Shown piece by piece: positions 9,518-16,473 of a stretch of DNA of 20,000 nt (position 1 is its first letter; the number at the start of each line of letters is the position of its first letter). The notes beneath the pieces are model-generated. The model searched no databases and was not told where the DNA came from. It worked only from the letters and a program-made list of their open reading frames with translations. The stretch lies in IMG/VR virus record IMGVR_UViG_3300025280_000029, one strand, 5' to 3'. The DNA is from an uncultured virus (IMG/VR IMGVR_UViG_3300025280_000029) (Duplodnaviria; Heunggongvirae; Uroviricota; Caudoviricetes). The translations under genes were made by a program, and so were the position numbers.

Positions 9518-9714
9518 AGAATAGAGAATTTAATTTAGGTGATCTGGTTAAACACGAGCTGAGTGGTTTGGGGATTATCATGGATAGGGCATATGTCGAG
9601 ACAACTGGCGGCGCGCGCTATGCCTATGGCTGGAGAGTATCTTTTCTAAATGGAGAAAACTTTAACGCGTCCAACGACTCGCTGATTCTCATGAACGAGA
9701 AAAAGAAAAAGTGA
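9514..9714 (+). CDS. Small GDLV-family SH3/KOW-like protein
   Basis: FNLGDLVKH...LGIIM...WRVSF. ATGA overlap. Confidence 0.75.
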   Translation: MKNREFNLGDLVKHELSGLGIIMDRAYVETTGGARYAYGWRVSFLNGENFNASNDSLILMNEKKKK

Positions 9715-9929
9715 TAGAAATTGGCGATCTTATCGCCTGGACTACCAACGCTAGCGACTCCGAACAGGTGGGTATCGTTATATCCGATATCACCCTCGAC
9801 CGCAACGCCGTCCGAGTGCGCTGGCTTAGGCCCTATGAGTGCAATGGTGATATCATCTGGGAAGACGAAGTGTGGACCTACAGATGTCGTATGCTCTCTA
9901 GATCTAGGCCGGCCAAAGCTTCAAGCTAA
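9711..9929 (+). CDS. Small GDLV-family SH3/KOW-like protein
   Basis: IEIGDLIAW...VGIVI...VRVRW. GTGA overlap. Confidence 0.75.
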   Translation: MIEIGDLIAWTTNASDSEQVGIVISDITLDRNAVRVRWLRPYECNGDIIWEDEVWTYRCRMLSRSRPAKASS

Positions 9930-9941
9930 ACAGTATATGGT

Positions 9942-10175
9942 ATGCCGTCCCTTCCGAAACTAAAAGCAGGAGATCTTGTAACGCACGTAAGTCAAACGTG
10001 GGTCCTGGGCACGGTCATCATGACAGCCATTACAATTGCCGGCCACTCTGTTTGCGAGGTCGTCGTCATAAGAGACAGACTAGATCCAGAAAATGTAGGA
10101 AAGGTTAAGTACCTTAATCGATGTTATTGGACCCTTGTTGAAGACTCAAAAAAAAATAAAACAAACCTTGACTAA
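9942..10175 (+). CDS. Small GDLV-family SH3/KOW-like protein
   Basis: LKAGDLVTH...LGTVI...CEVVV. Confidence 0.7.
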   Translation: MPSLPKLKAGDLVTHVSQTWVLGTVIMTAITIAGHSVCEVVVIRDRLDPENVGKVKYLNRCYWTLVEDSKKNKTNLD

Positions 10176-10196
10176 TATAGATACACGTGCTAATGT
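10168..10196 (+). promoter_or_regulatory. Sigma70-like promoter
   Basis: TTGACT-17 bp-TAATGT with TG before the -10 box, preceded by an A-rich tract. Confidence 0.55.
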
Positions 10197-10246
10197 AGAG
10201 GAGTGGTGAGTGACTTAAATACTCATCGGCCGAAAGGAGATAAATT

Positions 10247-10426
10247 ATGGAAGAGCTTGTATCTTATATTCGCGATGCACTGGAAGGCAAATGTTCCGCT
10301 CGTAGTCTCGATGACGAAGATGATTTTGAGGCAGTAATGGAAGAAATAACTCAGGCAATATTTGCTTGGGTTGATGATCATGGGGAAGCTGCGTTTGCTT
10401 ATGGTTCGCCTCGCGACGAATGGTGA
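10247..10426 (+). CDS. Hypothetical acidic protein (59 aa, not in ORF track)
   Basis: Strong AAAGGAGA RBS. Translates MEELVSYIRDALEGKCSARSLDDEDDFEAVMEEITQAIFAWVDDHGEAAFAYGSPRDEW*. Confidence 0.75.
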   Translation: MEELVSYIRDALEGKCSARSLDDEDDFEAVMEEITQAIFAWVDDHGEAAFAYGSPRDEW

Positions 10427-10433
10427 ACGAGAT

Positions 10434-10646
10434 ATGATCCGATGCAAAGTGGGCGACTTGGTAGAGTATCAAGGGCAGATAGGACTGGTCGTTGCGCACA
10501 AGCTATATGATGCGAAGCGTGACGGCTACTTAGTTAGATTTAGCAACGATTCCCATATGGGCACAGAGTTGCTTCTGCCGTCTGAAGTAAGAATTATCTA
10601 TATTGCAAAAAACATTGAAAACCCAGTTGACATGCTGAGTTTTTAA
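10434..10646 (+). CDS. Small GDLV-family SH3/KOW-like protein
   Basis: MIRCKVGDLVEY...IGLVV...YLVRF. Start reassigned to ATG 10434 after the stop of the 59-aa ORF. Confidence 0.75.
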   Translation: MIRCKVGDLVEYQGQIGLVVAHKLYDAKRDGYLVRFSNDSHMGTELLLPSEVRIIYIAKNIENPVDMLSF

Positions 10647-10655
10647 TGATAATAT
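10627..10655 (+). promoter_or_regulatory. Sigma70-like promoter for tRNA-Lys
   Basis: TTGACA-17 bp-TAATAT, 25 nt upstream of the tRNA. Confidence 0.7.
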
Positions 10656-10680
10656 TAAGGCATGAGGTTTTGGTTTATGG

Positions 10681-10757
10681 GGGCTGCTGGCCTAACGGGT
10701 AAGGCAAATGGCTTTTAACCATTCGATTTCTGAGTTCGAATCTCAGGCAGCTCACCA
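10681..10757 (+). tRNA. tRNA-Lys(UUU)
   Basis: Acceptor GGGCTGC/GCAGCTC, D stem GCCT/AGGC, anticodon arm AATGG-CTTTTAA-CCATT, T arm CTGAG-TTCGAAT-CTCAG, encoded CCA. Confidence 0.95.
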
Positions 10758-10837
10758 ACCAACATTCTTGTCGTTTTCCTGCGAAGTTAAAAAGGATACG
10801 ATGAGTCAGTTTATTTAGTCAAGGAAAGGAAATTATT

Positions 10838-12025
10838 ATGACTATTGAAATTACATTTAATAAAGTTAGAAACGTGCTCTTTGATCCAGAGGAGGAATAT
10901 TATGAATTCCTGGCCTTGATCGATGAAACGTTTCCAGAATTCCCAAAGGGGAGAAACCCGCGAAGTGTTAACAAGAACACTACGCTTTATAGGGCAATCA
11001 CGCACAGTCTTGAAGTTAACGAGAACTTCCACCACTATAGCCGCGGCATCCAGGGTACAGTCTCTGACGTAATGCAGTGCAGCCGTACCGGACGTTTACG
11101 CGTCTTTCTCGACCCCTCCCGTAAAGATGGCCACTTTGACGGTGGACACAATCTAGCGGCGATTGCTGACCGTAATCCGTTAATTAATGGAACTCGTTGG
11201 GTCAAGTTCAAGATCTTCACTGGAGATTTGACTGACGAGGAAATCCGCCGTCTCGCACATGCAAACAACCACTGCAAGAAGCAGCAGGCGCGCAATGAGG
11301 CCAACATCGATGGTTGTTTTGATATGTTTCATACTGCGCTAGCTGATTATGAAGATAACATTTCATACTTCGACGGTGACGAGGGCTCTTATCGCATCGA
11401 GACTATTATCTCTATGCTCATTTCGGCGACCGGCCCGTTTGCATACAAGTTCTTCACTGAATCAGATGCGCGCAAGAATTCTCACACAAAGTCTGCGCGA
11501 AGCATGTACCGTCGAGGCGTTACTTCGAAGGTTAACTATTTTGTCAAGAGATCTCAGGACTTCGCAAAACTCTGCGAGGGGAAAGATCCGATTCTTAATG
11601 AGTTTGTACAGTTGTGGGATTATATTCTCACTGACACAGAGAGACTGTACGGTGCTAGTCAGCTGCGCACAGGGTCATATCGTCGCCTCAAGATCTTTGA
11701 TTCCGAGAACAACCCACTAACTAAGACTTGCAAGGAAACTTCTTTTACTATTTCTGGTATTGAGAACTCCACCCCAATACCGTCACAGTTTGTAATGATG
11801 ATCATCAGCGCCCTGTTCCGACACGAACTCCGCGTCAGTCGATCCGGTCAGCTGACTTGGCGAGATGATCTTCAAGAGGCAAAGGAGCGCTGGGCCGACA
11901 ACGCGCTAATAACTATGAAATCTCTTTCAGATCGGTGGGCAAGCCATCTAGGTACCGGCGGAGATGTTCGAACGTTTATGGAAGATTCTGATGTCTGGGA
12001 TATGGTTTCTCAGAACCTAGCTTAA
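10838..12025 (+). CDS. AIPR-like (ParB/DndB-related fold) protein
   Basis: NPR..., FHHYSRGI, HFDGGHN, VKFKIF and EEI..LAHANN follow the motif order of AIPR proteins. AAGGAAAGGA RBS. Confidence 0.65.
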   Translation: MTIEITFNKVRNVLFDPEEEYYEFLALIDETFPEFPKGRNPRSVNKNTTLYRAITHSLEVNENFHHYSRGIQGTVSDVMQCSRTGRLRVFLDPSRKDGHFDGGHNLAAIADRNPLINGTRWVKFKIFTGDLTDEEIRRLAHANNHCKKQQARNEANIDGCFDMFHTALADYEDNISYFDGDEGSYRIETIISMLISATGPFAYKFFTESDARKNSHTKSARSMYRRGVTSKVNYFVKRSQDFAKLCEGKDPILNEFVQLWDYILTDTERLYGASQLRTGSYRRLKIFDSENNPLTKTCKETSFTISGIENSTPIPSQFVMMIISALFRHELRVSRSGQLTWRDDLQEAKERWADNALITMKSLSDRWASHLGTGGDVRTFMEDSDVWDMVSQNLA

Positions 12026-12052
12026 CAACTTATATAAAGAAAGGATGTATTA

Positions 12053-12304
12053 ATGACTTATCGAGCACATCAAACAAGTGCTGTACTGCTTATCGCTTTT
12101 ATTGTGTTGCTAGTCGCGGCCACTACCAGTAGCGGATGCCAGTCCGAAGCCGACTGTGTTGAACCCGAATTCATTCGTATCGATGGCGAACGCCTAGGTG
12201 ATTGTGACGACGACGACTCAGCCGACGACGACGACAGCGCAGATGGCTTGTCGTACGACGAACCGATCATCGTGTCTGACGACGACGATTCTGTAGACTT
12301 TTAA
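12053..12304 (+). CDS. Predicted lipoprotein with DDDDS repeats
   Basis: Hydrophobic signal followed by SSG-C, and three DDDDS units. Confidence 0.75.
   Translation: MTYRAHQTSAVLLIAFIVLLVAATTSSGCQSEADCVEPEFIRIDGERLGDCDDDDSADDDDSADGLSYDEPIIVSDDDDSVDF
12206..12241 (+). repeat. Tandem coding repeat (GAC)4-Ser-Ala x2
   Basis: gacgacgacgactcagcc followed by gacgacgacgacagcgca. Confidence 0.8.
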
Positions 12305-12426
12305 CAAACCCAACCCGCAGGGAGGCATGGGGAGATCAGCACAATATTAAAAAATCACTATTTTCTCCTTATTTATGGTGACCGTGCTAGTCTGATAGAT
12401 GCCTCTATATTTTAGAGAAGCAAATT

Positions 12427-12819
12427 ATGAAAAACTTAATCTTTTGTTTATACTGCGTTTTGAACGCATGCTTTTATGTAACTCCAGCCTCTCATAGCCA
12501 CAGCTATCATAGCGGTTACGAGAGCAGTGACCTACGGGTAGAATCTGCGGAGGCTACTTGTGAGTGGAACTCTTTTGTCGGAGAGGCCTACTGGAAATTC
12601 GATGCAGAAGTATACAGTCCTTATTGGATACATACGGTTGATGCTCTTATGACAAACAGTCCAGAATATTCTGATATAACTATACGACTTCACGATATGG
12701 GTGCCGGCCACTGGGGAGACAATGCCTGGATCGCTATCCCTTGCGCCGCAGCATACGATGTTGAATTCATAGCTTACGACGAGAACGGAAACATCGCGAC
12801 AAGATGGGATTTGTGGTAG
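12427..12819 (+). CDS. Predicted lipoprotein or secreted protein, His/Ser-rich linker plus beta-rich domain
   Basis: MKNLIFCLYCVLNA-C lipobox-like sequence, SHSHSYHS linker, C-terminal FIAYDENGN. Confidence 0.7.
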   Translation: MKNLIFCLYCVLNACFYVTPASHSHSYHSGYESSDLRVESAEATCEWNSFVGEAYWKFDAEVYSPYWIHTVDALMTNSPEYSDITIRLHDMGAGHWGDNAWIAIPCAAAYDVEFIAYDENGNIATRWDLW

Positions 12820-12858
12820 GCTACTCCGAAAACCAGTACATCCTTTTGCGCGCCACCA

Positions 12859-12867
12859 AACTATTTA
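12859..12867 (+). promoter_or_regulatory. AACTATTTA motif, putative late promoter element
   Basis: Third copy of the motif, directly before the AGGA RBS and GTG 12882. Confidence 0.5.
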
Positions 12868-12881
12868 GTTAGGACAACATC

Positions 12882-14339
12882 GTGCAAATAAAAATTACAA
12901 AACAATTAATATCAGAAGAGCTTATCAGTGAAATAACCTTCGCGTCGGCCGTGAACAACCTAGGCGGCAAAAAGATGCAGAAAGCTGTTATAGGGTGGAG
13001 TAATCGAGAACACCACGACGACTACGACGGAAGCCGTCTTGCCCACGATCCCAAGCTAATCGCTCGCCGAGTAAAAAAAGTGAAAATTTGGCTTCTTGAT
13101 ATTATTCCCGACGACTTAACCGACAATCAAAAGGGGCTAATTGTAACTTGGCTAGCTAGGCTCACAAGGGATTTATCTACGGGTTACATGACAAGTTTTC
13201 TTGGGGAGCATTACCCGGGCAACGACGCATGGAGCGACTTTGAAATGTTTTTCCACTATCAGCAGTTTATGTCCGAGAAGGATTTAAATAAAGTTGCAGA
13301 TCTAGAACACCTTGAAGAGATCGTCAACGCCGCCCGCCCGCAGATTGAAGCATATCAAGAGAAGCAATCTTATATGGATGCAGAAGAGGGCACTGAGGTA
13401 TTCCGCGACGACGAAGAGTGGTATATTGCAGCCCTCCACAACAAAGGAGCGGCTTGTGAGTTTGGCAAGGGGACAGATTGGTGTACGGCAGCACCCGGCC
13501 TAAATTATTTCGAAGAATACTATGAGGAAGATGATCCACTATTCTTCTTTCAAAAGAGGACCAACGACGAGCGTTGGCAATTCCACTATGGTTCAGATCA
13601 GTTTATGGATGAGGATGATCATCCAATCTCTAAAGATGAAACTGGACTTTTACACGACCTATTGATGCAAACAGATGCACCGACAAAGTATCCTATTTTA
13701 AGGAGTGTCGATGCGCGTTTTAAAGTTATGAATAGGTCGACTTCAGCGGCAGATTTGCATGCACTACTTGATTCTGAAGGAATGGATTACGGCCGCGCCA
13801 TTGCCATCGCAGCACATCCCGGCGCCGGGGACGAAACTCTTAAGGTTTTGATGGATATGGATCCAGTTAAGGAAGGCTGGATAGCTGTTTACCTTCCTGG
13901 CCACTCGCCGGCTGCGCATGGTACTAAATTGAAACAATCCATCGCTGAGAATCCCCACGCTAGCCCAGAAATTTTAGAACGATTGATGCGCCTGATGCGC
14001 GTCGCCGAAGAAGAGTTTGTGAAAAACAAACAAGACGCTGACCGGACCCGCCCGCTTCGCGGCTCGACCCGTGAATATTACAGGGCAATATATAAGGCTA
14101 TCGTATATAACCTTAATGTATCGACAGAGACGCTGAGAGATCTATATGCGTATTACAAGGAGACGAGCGGTGTACGCGGGACATTCATGCTGCTAGTGAT
14201 AGGGGAAAAGATCAGAGCCCGCGAAGAGGAGGGGAGAAATCTCACTCAAGTGGCTCTAGAGGACTATGCGTTTTCTCAAACAAAACTCCCGCCTAGTAAT
14301 GAAAACCTCCTCGCAAGATGGAAAAATATTATAAATTAG
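12882..14339 (+). CDS. Protein with PcfJ-like central domain and LRV-type helical repeats
   Basis: AACEFGKGTDWCTA...YFEEY...PLFFF...WQFH core. Repeat-like segments IAAHPGAGDETLKVL, IAENPHASPEILERL and IVYNLNVSTETLRDL. Confidence 0.6.
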   Translation: MQIKITKQLISEELISEITFASAVNNLGGKKMQKAVIGWSNREHHDDYDGSRLAHDPKLIARRVKKVKIWLLDIIPDDLTDNQKGLIVTWLARLTRDLSTGYMTSFLGEHYPGNDAWSDFEMFFHYQQFMSEKDLNKVADLEHLEEIVNAARPQIEAYQEKQSYMDAEEGTEVFRDDEEWYIAALHNKGAACEFGKGTDWCTAAPGLNYFEEYYEEDDPLFFFQKRTNDERWQFHYGSDQFMDEDDHPISKDETGLLHDLLMQTDAPTKYPILRSVDARFKVMNRSTSAADLHALLDSEGMDYGRAIAIAAHPGAGDETLKVLMDMDPVKEGWIAVYLPGHSPAAHGTKLKQSIAENPHASPEILERLMRLMRVAEEEFVKNKQDADRTRPLRGSTREYYRAIYKAIVYNLNVSTETLRDLYAYYKETSGVRGTFMLLVIGEKIRAREEEGRNLTQVALEDYAFSQTKLPPSNENLLARWKNIIN

Positions 14340-14341
14340 AG

Positions 14342-14370
14342 TTGCTATTCTGAGTATCCTGTGCTATTAT
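14342..14370 (+). promoter_or_regulatory. Sigma70-like promoter, probably giving a leaderless mRNA
   Basis: TTGCTA-17 bp-TATTAT with TG extension. ATG lies 6 nt after the -10 box and there is no SD. Confidence 0.6.
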
Positions 14371-14376
14371 ATACTC

Positions 14377-14574
14377 ATGGATGACGATTGCACTAAATTT
14401 CGCCTAGGCGCTCTAGTAGAACTTAAGTATTATCAAGGAAGCGTGTTGGCAGTTATACTGCAAAACCCCCCTTTTCTGTGGGACAGAATGAAAGTTCAAA
14501 TGATTGGCGAGCCCCGTCCCGAAATAGTAAAATGTAGCGATTGGGTACTGGCATGTACCCATCCCAAGAATTGA
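14377..14574 (+). CDS. Divergent GDLV-family small protein
   Basis: FRLGALVEL...LAVIL...MKVQM. Confidence 0.6.
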   Translation: MDDDCTKFRLGALVELKYYQGSVLAVILQNPPFLWDRMKVQMIGEPRPEIVKCSDWVLACTHPKN

Positions 14575-14595
14575 ATTAAAAAACGATAGTTTTAT

Positions 14596-14672
14596 GGGGG
14601 TGTATCCCAACCGGCAGAGGAAATCGACTTAAAATCGATCAAGTGTGGGTTCGAATCCCACCACCCCTACCA
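14596..14672 (+). tRNA. tRNA-Leu(UAA), short variable arm
   Basis: Acceptor GGGGGTG/CACCCCT, anticodon arm ATCGA-CTTAAAA-TCGAT, T arm GTGGG-TTCGAAT-CCCAC, discriminator A, encoded CCA. Confidence 0.93.
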
Positions 14673-14679
14673 AAATATT

Positions 14680-14865
14680 ATGAAAGACTATAAACCACAT
14701 ATTACAATGCTGAAGGTTGAACTAAAGAACAAAGACGAAAATGTTCTGACGGTAGATCTTAGCGATGACTTCGTTGAGTGGTTCAAGGTAACACACAATT
14801 TGAAACGATGGGCACCAAAGCAGTTTAAGAGTTGGCTCATCAAAGTATTAGAAGGCGACAAATGA
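14680..14865 (+). CDS. Hypothetical protein (61 aa)
   Basis: ORF starts 7 nt after the tRNA CCA and has an ATGA overlap with the next gene. Confidence 0.65.
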   Translation: MKDYKPHITMLKVELKNKDENVLTVDLSDDFVEWFKVTHNLKRWAPKQFKSWLIKVLEGDK

Positions 14866-15080
14866 AACAACATCACGGAATTAAAGTTGGCGATCTAGTG
14901 AAGTTTAAACATCATATATTGAAAGGCGATCATGGTCGTCTAGTCACGGAACTGTGGACTGACGAGGGCCACCTAGCCCAGTTCAAGCAAACAGTAGAGC
15001 ACATTCGCCTTTTAGGTGACTCCTCTGGTCGCTGGTATCTTGCGTCAGATTTCGATGTACTTTCAAGGGGAAGAGAATGA
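14862..15080 (+). CDS. Small GDLV-family SH3/KOW-like protein
   Basis: MKQHHGIKVGDLVKF...FDVLS. Start at ATG 14862. Confidence 0.75.
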   Translation: MKQHHGIKVGDLVKFKHHILKGDHGRLVTELWTDEGHLAQFKQTVEHIRLLGDSSGRWYLASDFDVLSRGRE

Positions 15081-15229
15081 GAACGTACGTGAACATGGAA
15101 AAAGAACAAATTGAAACAATCTTAGATATTTTTGTTGAGATTCAAGTACGCCGCGATCTCAAACCCAGCGAACAATACGTGAAAACTATTTTGCTTGAAG
15201 CACTTGACAGGGCGATCAATAGCTGGTAA
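15077..15229 (+). CDS. Hypothetical helical protein (50 aa, not in ORF track)
   Basis: ATGA overlap and AGGGGAAG RBS. Translates MRTYVNMEKEQIETILDIFVEIQVRRDLKPSEQYVKTILLEALDRAINSW*. Confidence 0.6.
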   Translation: MRTYVNMEKEQIETILDIFVEIQVRRDLKPSEQYVKTILLEALDRAINSW

Positions 15230-15232
15230 TAT
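15204..15232 (+). promoter_or_regulatory. Sigma70-like promoter for tRNA-Ile
   Basis: TTGACA-17 bp-TAATAT. Confidence 0.65.
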
Positions 15233-15305
15233 AAAGGAAGTTAGCTGAGTTAGCCGATGACGATCCTAAGAGCGAGCAAAGAACAAATTTACTGTTATAA
15301 CCTAT

Positions 15306-15382
15306 GCGCGTGTCAGCATAACAGTAAATGCTCCGATCTTATATATCGGCTGATGGGGGTGCAATTCCCTCCACGCGTACCA
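15306..15382 (+). tRNA. tRNA-Ile(UAU), atypical T loop
   Basis: Acceptor GCGCGTG/CACGCGT, D stem GCAT/ATGC, anticodon arm CCGAT-CTTATAT-ATCGG, T arm GGGGG-TGCAATT-CCCTC, discriminator A, encoded CCA. Confidence 0.88.
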
Positions 15383-15409
15383 TTTTATGGCCAATTGGGT
15401 TAACTCAAG

Positions 15410-15631
15410 ATGGTTACAAGAGAGTATATAGAATACGGAGCATCTTTCGAATCTGCTCTGTCCGAGATAAAGAAGGGGAATAATAAGTTAGAGAACCTAC
15501 AGTTTTTGCGCGTAACGTTTCACCCGATCAAAACTAGGTCGACTGAGCTTACGGATGAACAACTAGAACATGTGGTCGGAGGCCGAGCAGTTTGGCTCAA
15601 GCCTCTGCCCATTAGAGGGAGAGAAAGATGA
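15410..15631 (+). CDS. Small protein with a double-glycine leader-like motif
   Basis: ELTDEQLEHVVGG followed by a 15-aa basic tail. ATGA overlap with the next gene. Confidence 0.6.
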   Translation: MVTREYIEYGASFESALSEIKKGNNKLENLQFLRVTFHPIKTRSTELTDEQLEHVVGGRAVWLKPLPIRGRER

Positions 15632-15930
15632 GAGATCGATTGAACGAACCAATTGTGTGTGCTGACGGGTTTCGAATGTCCGTCCAAGGAAACGAGGCCG
15701 CTTACTGCGAGCCACGCCGAGACAATCAAGAAAAGTACATTCGGGTGGAGATTGGCTTTCCGTCTGAAGAAGAACCCCTCATTATGTCATATGCAGAAAA
15801 TCCTAGGGACCCAATCAACACTGTATATGGTTGGGTCCCTGTCCAAGTCGTTACAGACGTTATTGCGAAGCATGGGGGTATTGTAACGGGCGAAGTGCCC
15901 CCCGGCGTCGCGCGCCTTGAAGCCTCATGA
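15628..15930 (+). CDS. Conserved phage-type hypothetical protein (100 aa)
   Basis: GAGGGAG RBS. Motif-rich sequence C.DGF.MSVQ...YCEPR...VEIGFPS...TVYGWVP...KHGG. Confidence 0.8.
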   Translation: MRDRLNEPIVCADGFRMSVQGNEAAYCEPRRDNQEKYIRVEIGFPSEEEPLIMSYAENPRDPINTVYGWVPVQVVTDVIAKHGGIVTGEVPPGVARLEAS

Positions 15931-16130
15931 AAGATATTAAAGTTGGAGACTTAGTTAAGATTCTTCCTGGCACGGAAGACGCTCGCCTTCCTAAGAACAG
16001 AATGGGGGTGGTTATAAATAACGACCCCGGGAAGCAACCCGGCCAAACTACGACTTGGAATGTACATTTTATAAACAATGGGGTTTCAATGAGGTTTCAT
16101 GAAATGTTTATAGAAGTTATAAAGGAATGA
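15927..16130 (+). CDS. Small GDLV-family SH3/KOW-like protein
   Basis: IKVGDLVKI...MGVVI...WNVHF...IEVIKE. Confidence 0.8.
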   Translation: MKDIKVGDLVKILPGTEDARLPKNRMGVVINNDPGKQPGQTTTWNVHFINNGVSMRFHEMFIEVIKE

Positions 16131-16331
16131 ATGTTTGAAGTTGGAGATTTGGTTCGATTAGTTACTAGTCCAAGATATCCGGACAATAGAAATTTAGCAT
16201 TAATAGTTAAAGTTGTATGGGAGAGCCCCATCCCGCACGCGCGCCCCCGACGAGTGGCCTCGTATCGAGCGGCGCTAGTTGGGCACGAGGGTATACATGT
16301 AATATATTCGTGGGAAGTCGAGAGAATATAA
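16131..16331 (+). CDS. Small GDLV-family SH3/KOW-like protein
   Basis: MFEVGDLVRL...LALIV...EVERI. AAGGA RBS. Confidence 0.75.
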   Translation: MFEVGDLVRLVTSPRYPDNRNLALIVKVVWESPIPHARPRRVASYRAALVGHEGIHVIYSWEVERI

Positions 16332-16473
16332 ATCTCAGGTTCCCGTACTACGGAATTCGCTATCGAAAATTTTTTTCCCCTTTCCCTAGTTCGCAATAGG
16401 GCACATATCGATTTTTTCACAACATATATCGAGAATAGATCTAATTAGTATACACCTGCAAGAGAAGGCTACA

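Noticed and set aside
15233..15290. Hammerhead-like ribozyme in the tRNA-Ile leader (CCGATGA)
   Set aside because: It lacks the CTGATGA and GAAA core and the flanking stems.
14596..15382. Alternative genetic code or suppressor tRNAs
   Set aside because: Anticodon TAA reads UUA (Leu), not a stop codon. Long ORFs are intact under the standard code and TAA, TAG and TGA all end genes.
15383..15470. Possible degenerate fourth tRNA (TTCGAATC inside a GAGCA/TGCTC hairpin)
   Set aside because: No acceptor or anticodon stems and no CCA could be built, and the region lies within a plausible ORF.
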